A stretch of 64,000 nucleotides of DNA, taken from NCBI GenBank assembly GCA_020849275.1, contig JADLGO010000059.1, positions 29,377 to 93,376 of the forward strand, in the 5' to 3' direction. The DNA is from Chthonomonadales bacterium (GTDB lineage Bacteria; Armatimonadota; Chthonomonadetes; Chthonomonadales; CAJBBX01). Numbering within the stretch: position 1 is the first letter of the stretch; each line of letters opens with the position of its first letter. The position numbers were made by a program, and so were the translations under genes. Under the pieces are notes generated by a model. That model was not told the origin of the DNA and searched no databases. It saw only the letters and a list, made by a program, of their open reading frames with translations. Of this stretch, positions 1-9,187 are shown one piece after another.

Positions 1-175
1 CCGGAGGGGCGACGGCCAGCAGACGTCTTCGACGGTCTGGAGGTGCCGGCCGGCGCGAGGCTGCCGGATCAGCACGCGACTTCTTTCACGGGTACTGCTG
101 GATCCACGGCCTTCCAGGAGGCCGGGGCGACGGGTACGGCAAGCGGCTTTCAGTGGACGTCAGTACTGACTGGCA

Positions 176-949
176 CTATCCATGCGGACCAGCCAGGATA
201 CGCCGGACTTTCTTCAGGTCTTCCGGCGTATCCACCGACAGGGGTGCCCGGGGGACCGCTACCAGGCGGATACGATGACCGTGCTCAAGCACTCGCATCT
301 GTTCCAGCGATTCGGCGCGCTCCAGCGGTGTCGGCGGCAGCGCGGCGAACCGGAACAGGAATTCCCTCCGATAGGCATAGAGTCCGATATGCTGCATCGG
401 GACGACCGTCTCGCGGTCGCTGCGCCGGAACGGCACGCCGAAGCGGGAGAAGTAGAGCGCGTCACCGTTCAGTGCACATACTACTTTGACCGTCGCGGGG
501 TTGTCAACCTCCTCGGTGGGACACGGGCACATTAGCGAGGCCATCTCGAGGGCCGGGTCGTCCAGCAGTGCTTCCGCGGCGCGGTCGACGTAGCCCGGAT
601 CGAGCAGCGGCTCATCCCCCTGTACGTTGACGACGATGTCGCAGGGGATGTTCCGCGCGGCTTCGGCGATCCGATCGGTGCCCGAGCGGTGCCGATCCGA
701 AGTCATGATGGCCTTGCCGCCGAAAGCGCCGACGGCGTCTAGGACGGCCCGGTCCGGCGTGGCGATGTAGAGATCGTCCAGGCGCCGCGCGGCGAGCGCT
801 CGACGCCACACCCACTCGATCATCGGCGATCCGGCGATCTCCAGCAGGGGCTTGTTCGGAAGCCTCGTGGCCGCCAGTCGGGCCGGGATCACCCCCACGA
901 CACGGGGACCGCCGCCGGGCCGCGTGCCCGCATCCCCTCGCTCGCTCAT
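176..949 (-). CDS. kdsB: 3-deoxy-manno-octulosonate cytidylyltransferase (CMP-Kdo synthetase)
   Basis: 257-aa ORF. VVGVIPARLAATRLPNKPL and VNVQGDEPLL motifs are typical of KdsB. The ATG overlaps the upstream stop as ATGA (946-949). Confidence 0.9.
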   Translation of the reverse strand: MSERGDAGTRPGGGPRVVGVIPARLAATRLPNKPLLEIAGSPMIEWVWRRALAARRLDDLYIATPDRAVLDAVGAFGGKAIMTSDRHRSGTDRIAEAARNIPCDIVVNVQGDEPLLDPGYVDRAAEALLDDPALEMASLMCPCPTEEVDNPATVKVVCALNGDALYFSRFGVPFRRSDRETVVPMQHIGLYAYRREFLFRFAALPPTPLERAESLEQMRVLEHGHRIRLVAVPRAPLSVDTPEDLKKVRRILAGPHG

Positions 950-2100
950 TCGCTCTCCTCCCGAGCGGCCTGGCCGGCCGCTCCGCGGGGTCGCGCGTTC
1001 GCGCCGAGGGCGCCTCGGACCGCCGCGACCACCTCATCCACCCCGATCGCCGCCAGACACCGAGGCGGGGGGCACAGGCACTTCTGGTGGCTGTTGAGCG
1101 GCGCCCGCTCGTGGAACCGCCTGCACGGGTCCGCGCAGCGCTCCCGGTGGTGCAGGGCGAAACGCTCCTGCCCATAGGGAGCCAGGCGCGCGGGGTTGCT
1201 GCGCCCGAACAGCGAGACCACCGGCGTGCCGAGGGCGGCCGCGATGTGGGCCGATCCCGTATCCCCGCACAGATGCCCGGCGCACCCGCGCAGGATGGCC
1301 GCGAGTTGCTTGAGGTTGGTCTGGCCAATCAGGTCGCGCGGCCGAGTAACGGCGGACCGCCGGATCGCCTCGCCCACCTCCCGGTCGCCCGGCCCTCCGA
1401 CGAGCACCGCCGGCAGTCCGGGATCGCGGGCGAGGTCGTCGAGGGCGGCCGCGAAGCGATCCGCGCCCCAGCCCTTGTTCCCGCCGCCTCCCGCCGAGGG
1501 GTTAACCGCCAGGTACGCCGCGCCCGGCGGAAGGTCGCTGCCGGTCAGGAGCTCCCGCGCCGACCGGGCGTCGGCGTCCGGGATGTCCAGTGGGAACTCC
1601 ACGGGGCGGGTCCTGGCGCCGAGGAATCCGGCCACGTCGAGGAACTGCTCGACCACGTGCACGCTGGAGGCCTGTCGGGGCACCCTTCGCTCCAGGAGCG
1701 GAGCCAGTTCCCGGAGCCAGTCGTAGCCGTACCGGCGCGGCGCGCCCGAGGCCCAGGCGATGAGCGCGCTCTTGCTGAGCCCCTGAAGGTCCAGCGCCAC
1801 ATCGAACCGGCGCGCGCGCAGGTCGGCGCGCAGCGCGAGGAACCGGCGCGCCGCGGCCGCCGACAGGCGATGCCGCCGCCAGTCGGGCGGCAACGTGATC
1901 ACCTCGCTCAGCCATGGATTGCCGCGTACCATCGGCGCCGCCATCGCCTCCACGACCCACGTGATCTCAAGGTGCGGGAACGAGCGGCCGAGCGCGGCCG
2001 ATACCGGCAGTGCATGCACGACATCGCCGATCGAGCTAAGCTTGACGATCAGCAGTCGGCGGACGGCGCGCATGTCCGGCGGCCGCGGCGTGCCGCTCAT
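946..2100 (-). CDS. glycosyltransferase family 9 (LPS heptosyltransferase-like)
   Basis: C-terminal 384 aa of the 615-aa ORF. Start chosen at ATG 2100 (MSGTPRPP), which overlaps the upstream stop as ATGA. Supporting motifs are LLIVKLSSIGDVVHALP, GGGGNKGW, CGDTGSAHIAAALGTP and a Cys-rich C-terminus, as in GT9 enzymes. Confidence 0.85.
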   Translation of the reverse strand: MSGTPRPPDMRAVRRLLIVKLSSIGDVVHALPVSAALGRSFPHLEITWVVEAMAAPMVRGNPWLSEVITLPPDWRRHRLSAAAARRFLALRADLRARRFDVALDLQGLSKSALIAWASGAPRRYGYDWLRELAPLLERRVPRQASSVHVVEQFLDVAGFLGARTRPVEFPLDIPDADARSARELLTGSDLPPGAAYLAVNPSAGGGGNKGWGADRFAAALDDLARDPGLPAVLVGGPGDREVGEAIRRSAVTRPRDLIGQTNLKQLAAILRGCAGHLCGDTGSAHIAAALGTPVVSLFGRSNPARLAPYGQERFALHHRERCADPCRRFHERAPLNSHQKCLCPPPRCLAAIGVDEVVAAVRGALGANARPRGAAGQAAREESE

Positions 2101-3032
2101 GGCTGGTTTCCATCGGCCGGCTCGACCGGCGGGGAGGCGCGCCAGCGGTCGTGGAACCAGAGCCATTGCTCCGGATGGCGCCGGATACCCGCCTCCAGCA
2201 GGCGGTTCACGTCGGCCATGATGCGCTCGACGTCCGCCCTCTCGTCCCCGGTCGGCGCCGCGTCCAGCTCGCCGTCCAGGCCGACCGTGTAGCCGCCGCG
2301 CCCGTCGCGCACGCAGTGCGCCACGAGCATCGGGACCCCCGTGCGCAGCGCGAGGCGGGCGGGGCCGTCCACGGTGCCCGTCGGGCGGCCGAAGAAGGGC
2401 ACGAAGATGTCCGCCGCGTTCTGGTCGCACACGATGGCCACGGCCGACCCCTTGCGGAGCCCGGCCAGCACCGGCCTGAGCGATTCGCCCAGCGTGACGA
2501 CCTGGATGCCGTTGCGCGCGCGCAACTCCTTCATCAGCGCCGTAGTGCCCGCGTCGCGTGCCGGGCGCGCCAGCGCGATGATGGGTATGCCCTGGATCGA
2601 GGCCCAGCGGCCGGCTATCTCGAAGTTGCCCAGGTGTGCGGTGAGCAACAGAGCGCCCTGTGCGCGCGACTTCAGCTCGTCGGCACGCCGCGCAACATCG
2701 GGCGGGACGCTCACTCGGCGGAGCACCTCGGCATCGGAGAGGTACGGAAACCTCATGCCCTCCACCGCGAACATGCCGAAGTGGCGGAAGCATGCGCGCG
2801 CCACGCGCCGCCGCTCCTCCTCGTCCATCGCGTCGCCGAACGCGACGCGCAGGTTGCTGAGCGCCACCTCGTAGCGGCGGCGCGAGGCGAGGCGCATCAG
2901 GCCGCCAAGGCCCCGACCGAGCGCGAGCGCGGTTCCAAGCGGCAGACGGCGCACCACGGCAAGCAGCACGCGCAGCGCGCGCAGGCCGGCGGCGCGGGCC
3001 AGGCGCTTGCGGCGAACGACGCCTTCGGTCAT
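2097..3032 (-). CDS. lpxL: lipid A late acyltransferase (LpxL/HtrB family)
   Basis: 311 aa from ATG 3032 (MTEGVV), with an ATGA overlap on the lpxK stop. Carries the HLGNFE acyltransferase motif, a PFFGRPT segment and a WLWFHDRW C-terminal motif. Confidence 0.75.
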   Translation of the reverse strand: MTEGVVRRKRLARAAGLRALRVLLAVVRRLPLGTALALGRGLGGLMRLASRRRYEVALSNLRVAFGDAMDEEERRRVARACFRHFGMFAVEGMRFPYLSDAEVLRRVSVPPDVARRADELKSRAQGALLLTAHLGNFEIAGRWASIQGIPIIALARPARDAGTTALMKELRARNGIQVVTLGESLRPVLAGLRKGSAVAIVCDQNAADIFVPFFGRPTGTVDGPARLALRTGVPMLVAHCVRDGRGGYTVGLDGELDAAPTGDERADVERIMADVNRLLEAGIRRHPEQWLWFHDRWRASPPVEPADGNQP

Positions 3033-4165
3033 CGGGACGCCTCCGCGCCGGTCAGGGCCGGGCGCCCGGCCGCCTCCAGCACCCGAGCGAAGAAGGCGGC
3101 CTCGTTGTCCAGTCGAAGCCGGGCGATCAGCGCGTAGAAGGGCAGGGGCCGGTTCAGGGGAGGCAGTTTGACCGCGTCCTTCTCGCTGACAAGAATCGCC
3201 TCGGCCCCGGCGGCCTGCGCCGCGGCGATGGCTTCGTTCAGCTCGGCGAGCGTGGCGGCGTGGTGGTCGGGAAGCCGCGCCGCGTGCACCAGCCGACCGC
3301 CCGCGCGGCGCGCCTGCTCCTCGAAGGCCTCCGGGTTGCCGAGCGCGCAGAGGGTCGCCACGGGCCGGCCAACGAGCCACTCGACCTCGCGCTCGAGCGA
3401 GCGGTCAAGCGCACGCAGGGAGACACAGGCGTAGTCCGCGGCAAACAGCGACGCGCTCCGCGCATGGCGACCCACCTGCTCCCGAGCGCGCTGGAGCCCG
3501 GCGGCGCCGGCCCGCTCGGCCCCGGTGAGCACGACGACACCCGCGCGGCGAAGGTGCGAGGGCGGCTCGCGCAGCAGGCCGCGCGGCAGGGTGCGGCCGT
3601 CGCCGAATGGGGCCGCGGCGTCGAGCAGCACAACATCGAGGTCGCGATGGAGCTGATAGAACTGCATGCCGTCGTCAAGAACGATCGCGTCCGGGGCGAA
3701 CCGCTCGGCCGCCAACGCGCCGGTGACCCGGCGATCGCGGCCCACCATCACGGGCACTCCCGGGAGGAGCCGCGCCAGCATGTATGCCTCGTCGCCGGCC
3801 TGAGCCGCGCCGAGCAGCACTCGGTCCGCCGTCGAGACGATCTCCGCGCCGCGCTCCGCGGCTCCACGATAGCCGCGGCTGAGCACGCACACGCGCAGTC
3901 CCTCGCCGAGCAGGTAGGCGGCGATGCGCTGGGTCATGGGAGTCTTGCCGGTGCCGCCTGTCGTGAGGTTGCCGACGCTGATGACGGAACACGGAAGGCG
4001 CGCCTGCCTTCGGATGCCGAGCCGGTACGGCGCGAGGTAGAGTCTCAGGCCCGCCACGTAGGCCGGCGCCAGAGCAGCGAGCGCGCCGCGCGTCAGGCGG
4101 GCGGCCGGGTCGCGGCGCGTGCCGTCGATGATGGGCAGAAAGCGCTCTGGTGTCAGCGGCGGCAT
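3029..4165 (-). CDS. lpxK: tetraacyldisaccharide 4'-kinase
   Basis: 378-aa ORF with the P-loop GNLTTGGTGKTP followed by VLSRGYRG. Lies in lipid A gene context. Confidence 0.9.
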   Translation of the reverse strand: MPPLTPERFLPIIDGTRRDPAARLTRGALAALAPAYVAGLRLYLAPYRLGIRRQARLPCSVISVGNLTTGGTGKTPMTQRIAAYLLGEGLRVCVLSRGYRGAAERGAEIVSTADRVLLGAAQAGDEAYMLARLLPGVPVMVGRDRRVTGALAAERFAPDAIVLDDGMQFYQLHRDLDVVLLDAAAPFGDGRTLPRGLLREPPSHLRRAGVVVLTGAERAGAAGLQRAREQVGRHARSASLFAADYACVSLRALDRSLEREVEWLVGRPVATLCALGNPEAFEEQARRAGGRLVHAARLPDHHAATLAELNEAIAAAQAAGAEAILVSEKDAVKLPPLNRPLPFYALIARLRLDNEAAFFARVLEAAGRPALTGAEASR

Positions 4166-4168
4166 GGG

Positions 4169-7084
4169 CTACCTGCTCAGCATGGCGTCGGCCCAGTCGG
4201 CGTGGTCGCCCGCCAGGCCGTTGCCGCCGTCGCCCACGATGAGCTCCAGGCGGCGGGCTCTCGCCACGCTCACATCGATGCGCGCGGGCGGCGTCTCGCG
4301 CGTTACCCTGTCGGCGCGCCAGACGATACGCCCGTCGACGCGCACCGCCATGGATATGGTGGGCGCGGTAGCCTGGTCGGCGCCCGCCCATGCTCGGAAG
4401 CGGCGCCACCGGCCGTCAAGCGCATAGACGATGCGCGCCGGAGCGTGGGTACCCAACCCACGGCGGAACAGGCGTCCTCCCAGTGTCATTGGCTTCTCCC
4501 ACACGCTGCGGTTTCGCTGGAGCGTGCCCCACCCCTGGGAGACCGCCTCAGGATCCAGCGTGTCGAGGTAGACGCCCGCAATGCGCACTTCGGGGCCGGC
4601 GCCGCGCTCCTCGGGCAGGTCGTCGGTCAGGCGCGTGGGGCCGAGCACGCGCCGCGCCGCCAGGTAGCGGCGCTCGGGCGGCGGAAGGAAGCCGTCGCGA
4701 ACGAGTGTGCCAGCCGCCGGGGCCGCGAACGGCGCGAGCCACCCCTCCACGACGACGCCCTCCGAGGCGGTCTGCATGTCGGCCACCACGCGGTGGCGGC
4801 CCGGTGGCACGCGCGCCACGGCCCAGGCCCAGTGCTCCGGCTCCGGAAGCCCCGTGGCGCGCCAACCGGCCGCGGAGCTCAGCAAGCGGGCGAACAGGGG
4901 ACGACCATCGAGCGTGACCGAGATCACCGGCGCCTCGACCGGCACCGGGGCGCGCGTGAGGAGCAGCAGGTCGCTCGCCTCGCCGCACCGGGTCGTCGCG
5001 TCGAGGCGCACCCGCAGTCTCGGGCCGGGCGCGGCGAGGACCCGCGTGTAGTCGGGCCCGTTGGGATCGCGCGTGTCCGTGTCGACAAACCGTGTGGTGC
5101 GGACACGAGCCGTCGCGGCGACGGCGGGCGCCGTCGCGCGCGGCGGGACCAGGACTGCCTCGGAGGCCGGGCCGATCGCGAGCACCGCGGTCTCGTAAGG
5201 TGCCATGGTGATGTCGAGCACGCCGTCGGCGGCCAGGCGGCGCGCGACCGATGCGGGAGTCGGGTAGACGCACGCGACGGCGACCCGGCCGCGCAAGCCG
5301 GAGGCGCCGAGATCGCCGGCCAGCGAGAGCCGCACGCGCGCGGGCTCGATCCAGGGGTTGCGCAGGCAGACGAGCCCGCGGCCGCCGTGCCAGTGCGCGT
5401 AGCCATAGGGCTCCCGCAGGGGCGGGGCCTCGCCCGAGCCGCTCTCCAGGTAGTTGCGCCACGACGGCGGGTAGATCGGCACGGTCTCGGCCAGCACCCC
5501 CTGGTTGGCGCGCGCCCAACGGACGAGGGCCGCCAGGAAGGCCCATCGGCGCTCCGTCATGTGGCGTGGGTTCACGTAGAGCGGAAGGAACTGATGCCCG
5601 CGCAGCACCGCCATCACGGAGTCGTTCTGGAGCGGCTCGGGGCTCTGGTGGACGATCCCGAGCACCTCCTGGGCGGCGATCGGCAGGCGAATGGTCGCCG
5701 TACCCTGCAGGTTGTACCAGTCGCGCGCTGTCGTATAGCTCTCGCGGTAGGTGGGGCAGGGGGTGCGGCCGGCCGGAGCGTCGTCGCCGAACGAGCCGGT
5801 GACCGAGTTGCAGTAGCGCAGCCACCAGGGGCTCGGGCGCGGGCCGAAGCAGGTAGGCTCGATCCACACGTCGGGTGCGGCCGCGCGCAGCGCTCGCAAC
5901 ACGCGGATCATGCCGTCCGCGATCGGTTCGGCCGATAGCGCGCCGGGCTCGTGGCCGTGGCCGGCCTGGTCGCAGGTAGGAACGTAGCCGTCGAGCTTCA
6001 CGTGGCGCAGGCTGCCCTGGCGCGCCAGAGTGACCAGCGCGCGCTCGAGGGCCGCGCGATAGTGCGACCCCGCCAGGCACGCCTTGCGCCCGTCGGTCTC
6101 GAAGCCGTTCCGGCGCGCGGCGGCCAGGTTGAGGGCCGGAGGGTAGACCGCGCTCGGCGAGACCCACAGGCCCGGGTGCGCGCCCATTCCGGCGCAAGCG
6201 CGCGCGAGAGGCGCGAGGCCCCGGGGGAAGAGCTCGCGGTCGACCTCCCAGATGCCATCGGCGCGCGACCAGCCCATGTCGATGCAGACGGTATCCGGCG
6301 CGGCGCCATACGGGCGCTCCATGCGGCGGTGGATCGTGCTCACCAGGTCGAGGATGTCGCGCTCGCGGTAGGGCACGGGTGAGGTCCACCAGCTGTTGTA
6401 GTTGAAGTGTACGCCGCGCGGCGCGGGGCGCAGACCGTCGATGTAGCGAACGAAAGCGCGCGCGGCCCCGCCCGTCGGCGCGGCGCCGTAGACCGCTGTG
6501 TGGGTGTGGTACCAGGCGCCCGGCCGGATCTGCCGGCCGGGCTCATACGCGAGGTTGAGCGCGTCGCTGTCGGCACGCGTCGCGGCGATCGGGTACTCGA
6601 TGCCGGCGAAGAACGAGCGCCCCAGGGCTGGCTGGCTCTGGATGCCCGGCTCCGCTCGGAACGCCTGGCCCGCTCCGCGCGCCGTGTCCAGCACGACCGA
6701 GCGCAGCAGGCGCGCCCGCGTGCCGGCCAGGCGCAGCGCTGCGCTGCGGTGGACCAGGCCGCGCCGCTCGTCTACGTCCAGGAGCGCGCGGATCTCGGTC
6801 CCGTCGGCGGCGCGCCATTGGGCACGCCATCGGCGGCGGCCCGGGGTGGTTGTCGGCACGGCGGTCCAGGCGGCCGCGCCCGCCATGTCGCCACCCACCG
6901 CGCCATCAACGAACTCGAAGCGTGGAGCGCCGGCGCCGAGTCCGAGCGCGTCGCCCGTCGCGCGGTTCACCACGCGCCAGGAGCCGGCTTCACGGGTGAC
7001 CGTGAGCGGCGCCGCACTCGCATGGCACGGGGCCGTCACCAGCAGCGCCGCCGCTGTCAGCACCTGGCGCCGGGTCCTCAGCAT
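4169..7084 (-). CDS. Tat-exported glycoside hydrolase (alpha-galactosidase-like TIM barrel) with C-terminal NPCBM-like carbohydrate-binding domain
   Basis: 971 aa. The N-terminus MLRTRRQVLTAAALLVTAPCHASA has a twin-arginine motif. The central region (CIDMGWS...FPRGLAPLA...GLWVSP...HVKLDGY) resembles the GH27/36 DDGW and KxD motifs. The last ~130 aa (GWGTLQRNRSV...GTHAPARIVY...GDHADWADAML) resemble NPCBM/NEW2. The start overlaps the waaA stop by 7 nt and the stop lies 3 nt from the lpxK start. Confidence 0.65.
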   Translation of the reverse strand: MLRTRRQVLTAAALLVTAPCHASAAPLTVTREAGSWRVVNRATGDALGLGAGAPRFEFVDGAVGGDMAGAAAWTAVPTTTPGRRRWRAQWRAADGTEIRALLDVDERRGLVHRSAALRLAGTRARLLRSVVLDTARGAGQAFRAEPGIQSQPALGRSFFAGIEYPIAATRADSDALNLAYEPGRQIRPGAWYHTHTAVYGAAPTGGAARAFVRYIDGLRPAPRGVHFNYNSWWTSPVPYRERDILDLVSTIHRRMERPYGAAPDTVCIDMGWSRADGIWEVDRELFPRGLAPLARACAGMGAHPGLWVSPSAVYPPALNLAAARRNGFETDGRKACLAGSHYRAALERALVTLARQGSLRHVKLDGYVPTCDQAGHGHEPGALSAEPIADGMIRVLRALRAAAPDVWIEPTCFGPRPSPWWLRYCNSVTGSFGDDAPAGRTPCPTYRESYTTARDWYNLQGTATIRLPIAAQEVLGIVHQSPEPLQNDSVMAVLRGHQFLPLYVNPRHMTERRWAFLAALVRWARANQGVLAETVPIYPPSWRNYLESGSGEAPPLREPYGYAHWHGGRGLVCLRNPWIEPARVRLSLAGDLGASGLRGRVAVACVYPTPASVARRLAADGVLDITMAPYETAVLAIGPASEAVLVPPRATAPAVAATARVRTTRFVDTDTRDPNGPDYTRVLAAPGPRLRVRLDATTRCGEASDLLLLTRAPVPVEAPVISVTLDGRPLFARLLSSAAGWRATGLPEPEHWAWAVARVPPGRHRVVADMQTASEGVVVEGWLAPFAAPAAGTLVRDGFLPPPERRYLAARRVLGPTRLTDDLPEERGAGPEVRIAGVYLDTLDPEAVSQGWGTLQRNRSVWEKPMTLGGRLFRRGLGTHAPARIVYALDGRWRRFRAWAGADQATAPTISMAVRVDGRIVWRADRVTRETPPARIDVSVARARRLELIVGDGGNGLAGDHADWADAMLSR

Positions 7085-8382
7085 GGGGTGCCACCCTCCT
7101 CGCCGGCCATCACGTCGGCGTACCGGCCGGCGGCGCCGCGGTGCGTCCGGACCATCTCGCGTGCCCGAGACGCCAACCCCTCGCGTCCAGCGGCGTCGCT
7201 CACCATCTCGACGATGCGGCGCGCGAGCTCGCCGGCGTCCGCCACGCGGAAGCCGACGCCAGCGGACTCGGCCAGCGCCGCGATGTCCCGGAAGTTGGCC
7301 ATGTACGGCCCGTACAACGCGGGCTTGCCCTGCGCCAGCGCCTGCAGAAGGTTCTGGCCGCCGCCGGGCGGGAGCAGGCTGTTGCCCAGGTACGCGACGT
7401 CGGCCAGGGCGTAGACGCGCTCGAGCTCACCGAACGTGTCCAGCACCAGGTGTCGCACCGGGCCGGTCGCCGCGGCAAGCGCCGTGCGGCGCACCGGCTC
7501 AAGGTCTCGCTCGCGCATCAGCCCCATCACCTCCTCGGCGCGCTCCACATGGCGCGGCGCGTGGATGAGCGCGAGGCCGGCCACGACGCGGGCGGCTTCG
7601 CGGTAGGCGTCCAGCACGAGCGCCTCCTCGTCCGCGGAGCGCGTGCTGCCGACCACCAGAATCGGCGCCGCCTCCGCCATGCGAAGCTCCGCGCGGAGCG
7701 CGCGCGCCGCAGCCGGAGCGAGCGGGTCGGGCGCCTGATCGAACTTGGCGTTGCCCAGGACGCGCACGCGCTCGGGCGGCGCGCCGATCTCCACCAACCG
7801 GAACGCGTCGCGCTCGCTCTGCGCCAGAAGCGCGTGGAAGTTGGCAAGCACCCACCGGAACAGTGGGCGCAGCCTGCGGTAGCGGCCAAGGCTGCGGTCG
7901 GAGATCCGGGCGTTGACGAGCAGCACGCGCGCGCCGCTCCGGCGTGCCTGGTGCAGCAGGTTGGGCCAGAGCTCCGTCTCCAGGACCACGAAGAGGTCGG
8001 GCCGCACGCGGCGCATGGCCCGGCGGACCGCGAACGGCGCGTCGAACGGGCAGTAGAAGACCTCGGAGACCAGCTTCCCCTTCTGCGCGCTGGCAACCTC
8101 GTGGCCGCCCGGCGTGATGACGCTGACGACGATCTGATCGTCCGGCCGGCGCTCGCGGTAAGCCTTGAGCACCGGCGTCGCGGCCATGAACTCGCCGACG
8201 GATGCGACGTGCACCCAGACGCGGCGGCCCCGCTTTGGTTCGATCGAGCCCGGCGCGCAGCCGAGCCGTTCGGACCAGCCCTCGCGCGACTTGCCCGCGA
8301 GGAGGCGGCGCGCGAGCAGCAAGGCCAGTGCCGGCGAGAGGAGCAGCAGTACGAGGTTGTAGGCGAAGGGGATCACATGCAT
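7078..8382 (-). CDS. waaA: 3-deoxy-D-manno-octulosonic acid (Kdo) transferase
   Basis: 434 aa. Has an N-terminal membrane anchor, VWVHVASVGEF, LETELWPNL and ARISDRS motifs typical of WaaA/KdtA. Confidence 0.9.
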   Translation of the reverse strand: MHVIPFAYNLVLLLLSPALALLLARRLLAGKSREGWSERLGCAPGSIEPKRGRRVWVHVASVGEFMAATPVLKAYRERRPDDQIVVSVITPGGHEVASAQKGKLVSEVFYCPFDAPFAVRRAMRRVRPDLFVVLETELWPNLLHQARRSGARVLLVNARISDRSLGRYRRLRPLFRWVLANFHALLAQSERDAFRLVEIGAPPERVRVLGNAKFDQAPDPLAPAAARALRAELRMAEAAPILVVGSTRSADEEALVLDAYREAARVVAGLALIHAPRHVERAEEVMGLMRERDLEPVRRTALAAATGPVRHLVLDTFGELERVYALADVAYLGNSLLPPGGGQNLLQALAQGKPALYGPYMANFRDIAALAESAGVGFRVADAGELARRIVEMVSDAAGREGLASRAREMVRTHRGAAGRYADVMAGEEGGTPC

Positions 8383-8451
8383 CTACCGCGTCGTCGGTGA
8401 GCTCTTCCGTGGCGCGGGCCGGAGGCGCTCGCCACTCCCAGCGCGCTCCCT

Positions 8452-9183
8452 TCATGGTACCGGATTCGTCGGCCGTGGAGCCGCATAGTCGAAGCCGAGG
8501 GCCTCTTCAGCCTGCCGCTCGCAGTCGTTGAGCGCGCGCTCCACCTGCTCGGCCGCGGCGCGCCTGCCCTCCTCGGTGAGCTCGGCCGGCACGGCGATCG
8601 GCGGCCCAAACACCACCTCGGCGCGCGCGAACGGCAGGGGAACCATGTAGCTGTCCCATGATCCCATTAGCTTGCGCGGCCGCGCGCTGCACCCGATCGG
8701 AACGATTGGCTTGCCCGAGCGCTGCGCCAGGAAGATCGTGCCCTCCTGAACGCGGTGCGTGGGGCCGCGCGGGCCGTCGGGAGTGAAGGCGAGCACCCCG
8801 CCTTCCTGCACGGCGCGCGCGAGTTGCAGGGCCGCGCGCACACCACCCCGTCCGGTGGAGCCGCGGATCGTCTGGAAGCCGAACCGGCGGAAGATGTGGT
8901 TCTGGATCTCGCCGTCGCGGGAGAGCGATATGAGCGCCCAGAAGCCGCGCCCGCGCAAGGTGTTCGCGGCGATCAGAGTGCGTCCGTGCCAGGTGACCAG
9001 GATGCAGCCCTTGCGCGCCGCCTCCTCCATCCTCTCGCGGCCGATGTAGCGCACGCGCAGCGTCAGCCCGATGAAGCGGGCGAGCGCCCACACGATGAGG
9101 CCGATGACGGCGGGCTTGCGCGGCGGGCGCGGGCTCGGCGGGCCGCGGGGCGGCGACTCCGGTGCGTTCGGTCCCTCTGCCAA
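8452..9183 (-). CDS. DUF374-family lysophospholipid acyltransferase-like protein
   Basis: 243 aa. SLSRDGEI...IRGSTGRGG...FTPDGPRGP pattern typical of DUF374. Sits at the usual position between msbA and waaA. Confidence 0.7.
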   Translation of the reverse strand: MAEGPNAPESPPRGPPSPRPPRKPAVIGLIVWALARFIGLTLRVRYIGRERMEEAARKGCILVTWHGRTLIAANTLRGRGFWALISLSRDGEIQNHIFRRFGFQTIRGSTGRGGVRAALQLARAVQEGGVLAFTPDGPRGPTHRVQEGTIFLAQRSGKPIVPIGCSARPRKLMGSWDSYMVPLPFARAEVVFGPPIAVPAELTEEGRRAAAEQVERALNDCERQAEEALGFDYAAPRPTNPVP

Positions 9184-9187
9184 CGGC

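Noticed and set aside
159-170. 12-bp perfect palindrome GTCAGTACTGAC just downstream of the kdsB stop
   Set aside because: It is too short and has no loop to act as a terminator. There is no repeat of it elsewhere that I noticed, and no interpretable context at the window edge.
946-2793. Long N-terminal extensions of several ORFs suggesting fusion proteins (615-aa GT9 ORF, 427-aa lpxL ORF, 344-aa lpxC ORF, 691-aa ORF at 27618-29693, 614-aa OYE ORF, 379-aa phosphatase ORF)
   Set aside because: The extensions overlap the preceding gene, are R/A/P/G-rich, and internal starts with ATGA/GTGA overlaps or good SD sequences give proteins of normal family length.
3260-5938. 892-aa + strand ORF, one of the longest in the track
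   Set aside because: It lies antisense to lpxK and the glycoside hydrolase, which have clear family motifs. The product is an Arg/Ala/Gly/Pro-rich low-complexity string with no motif. This is a typical stop-codon-poor shadow ORF of high-GC DNA.
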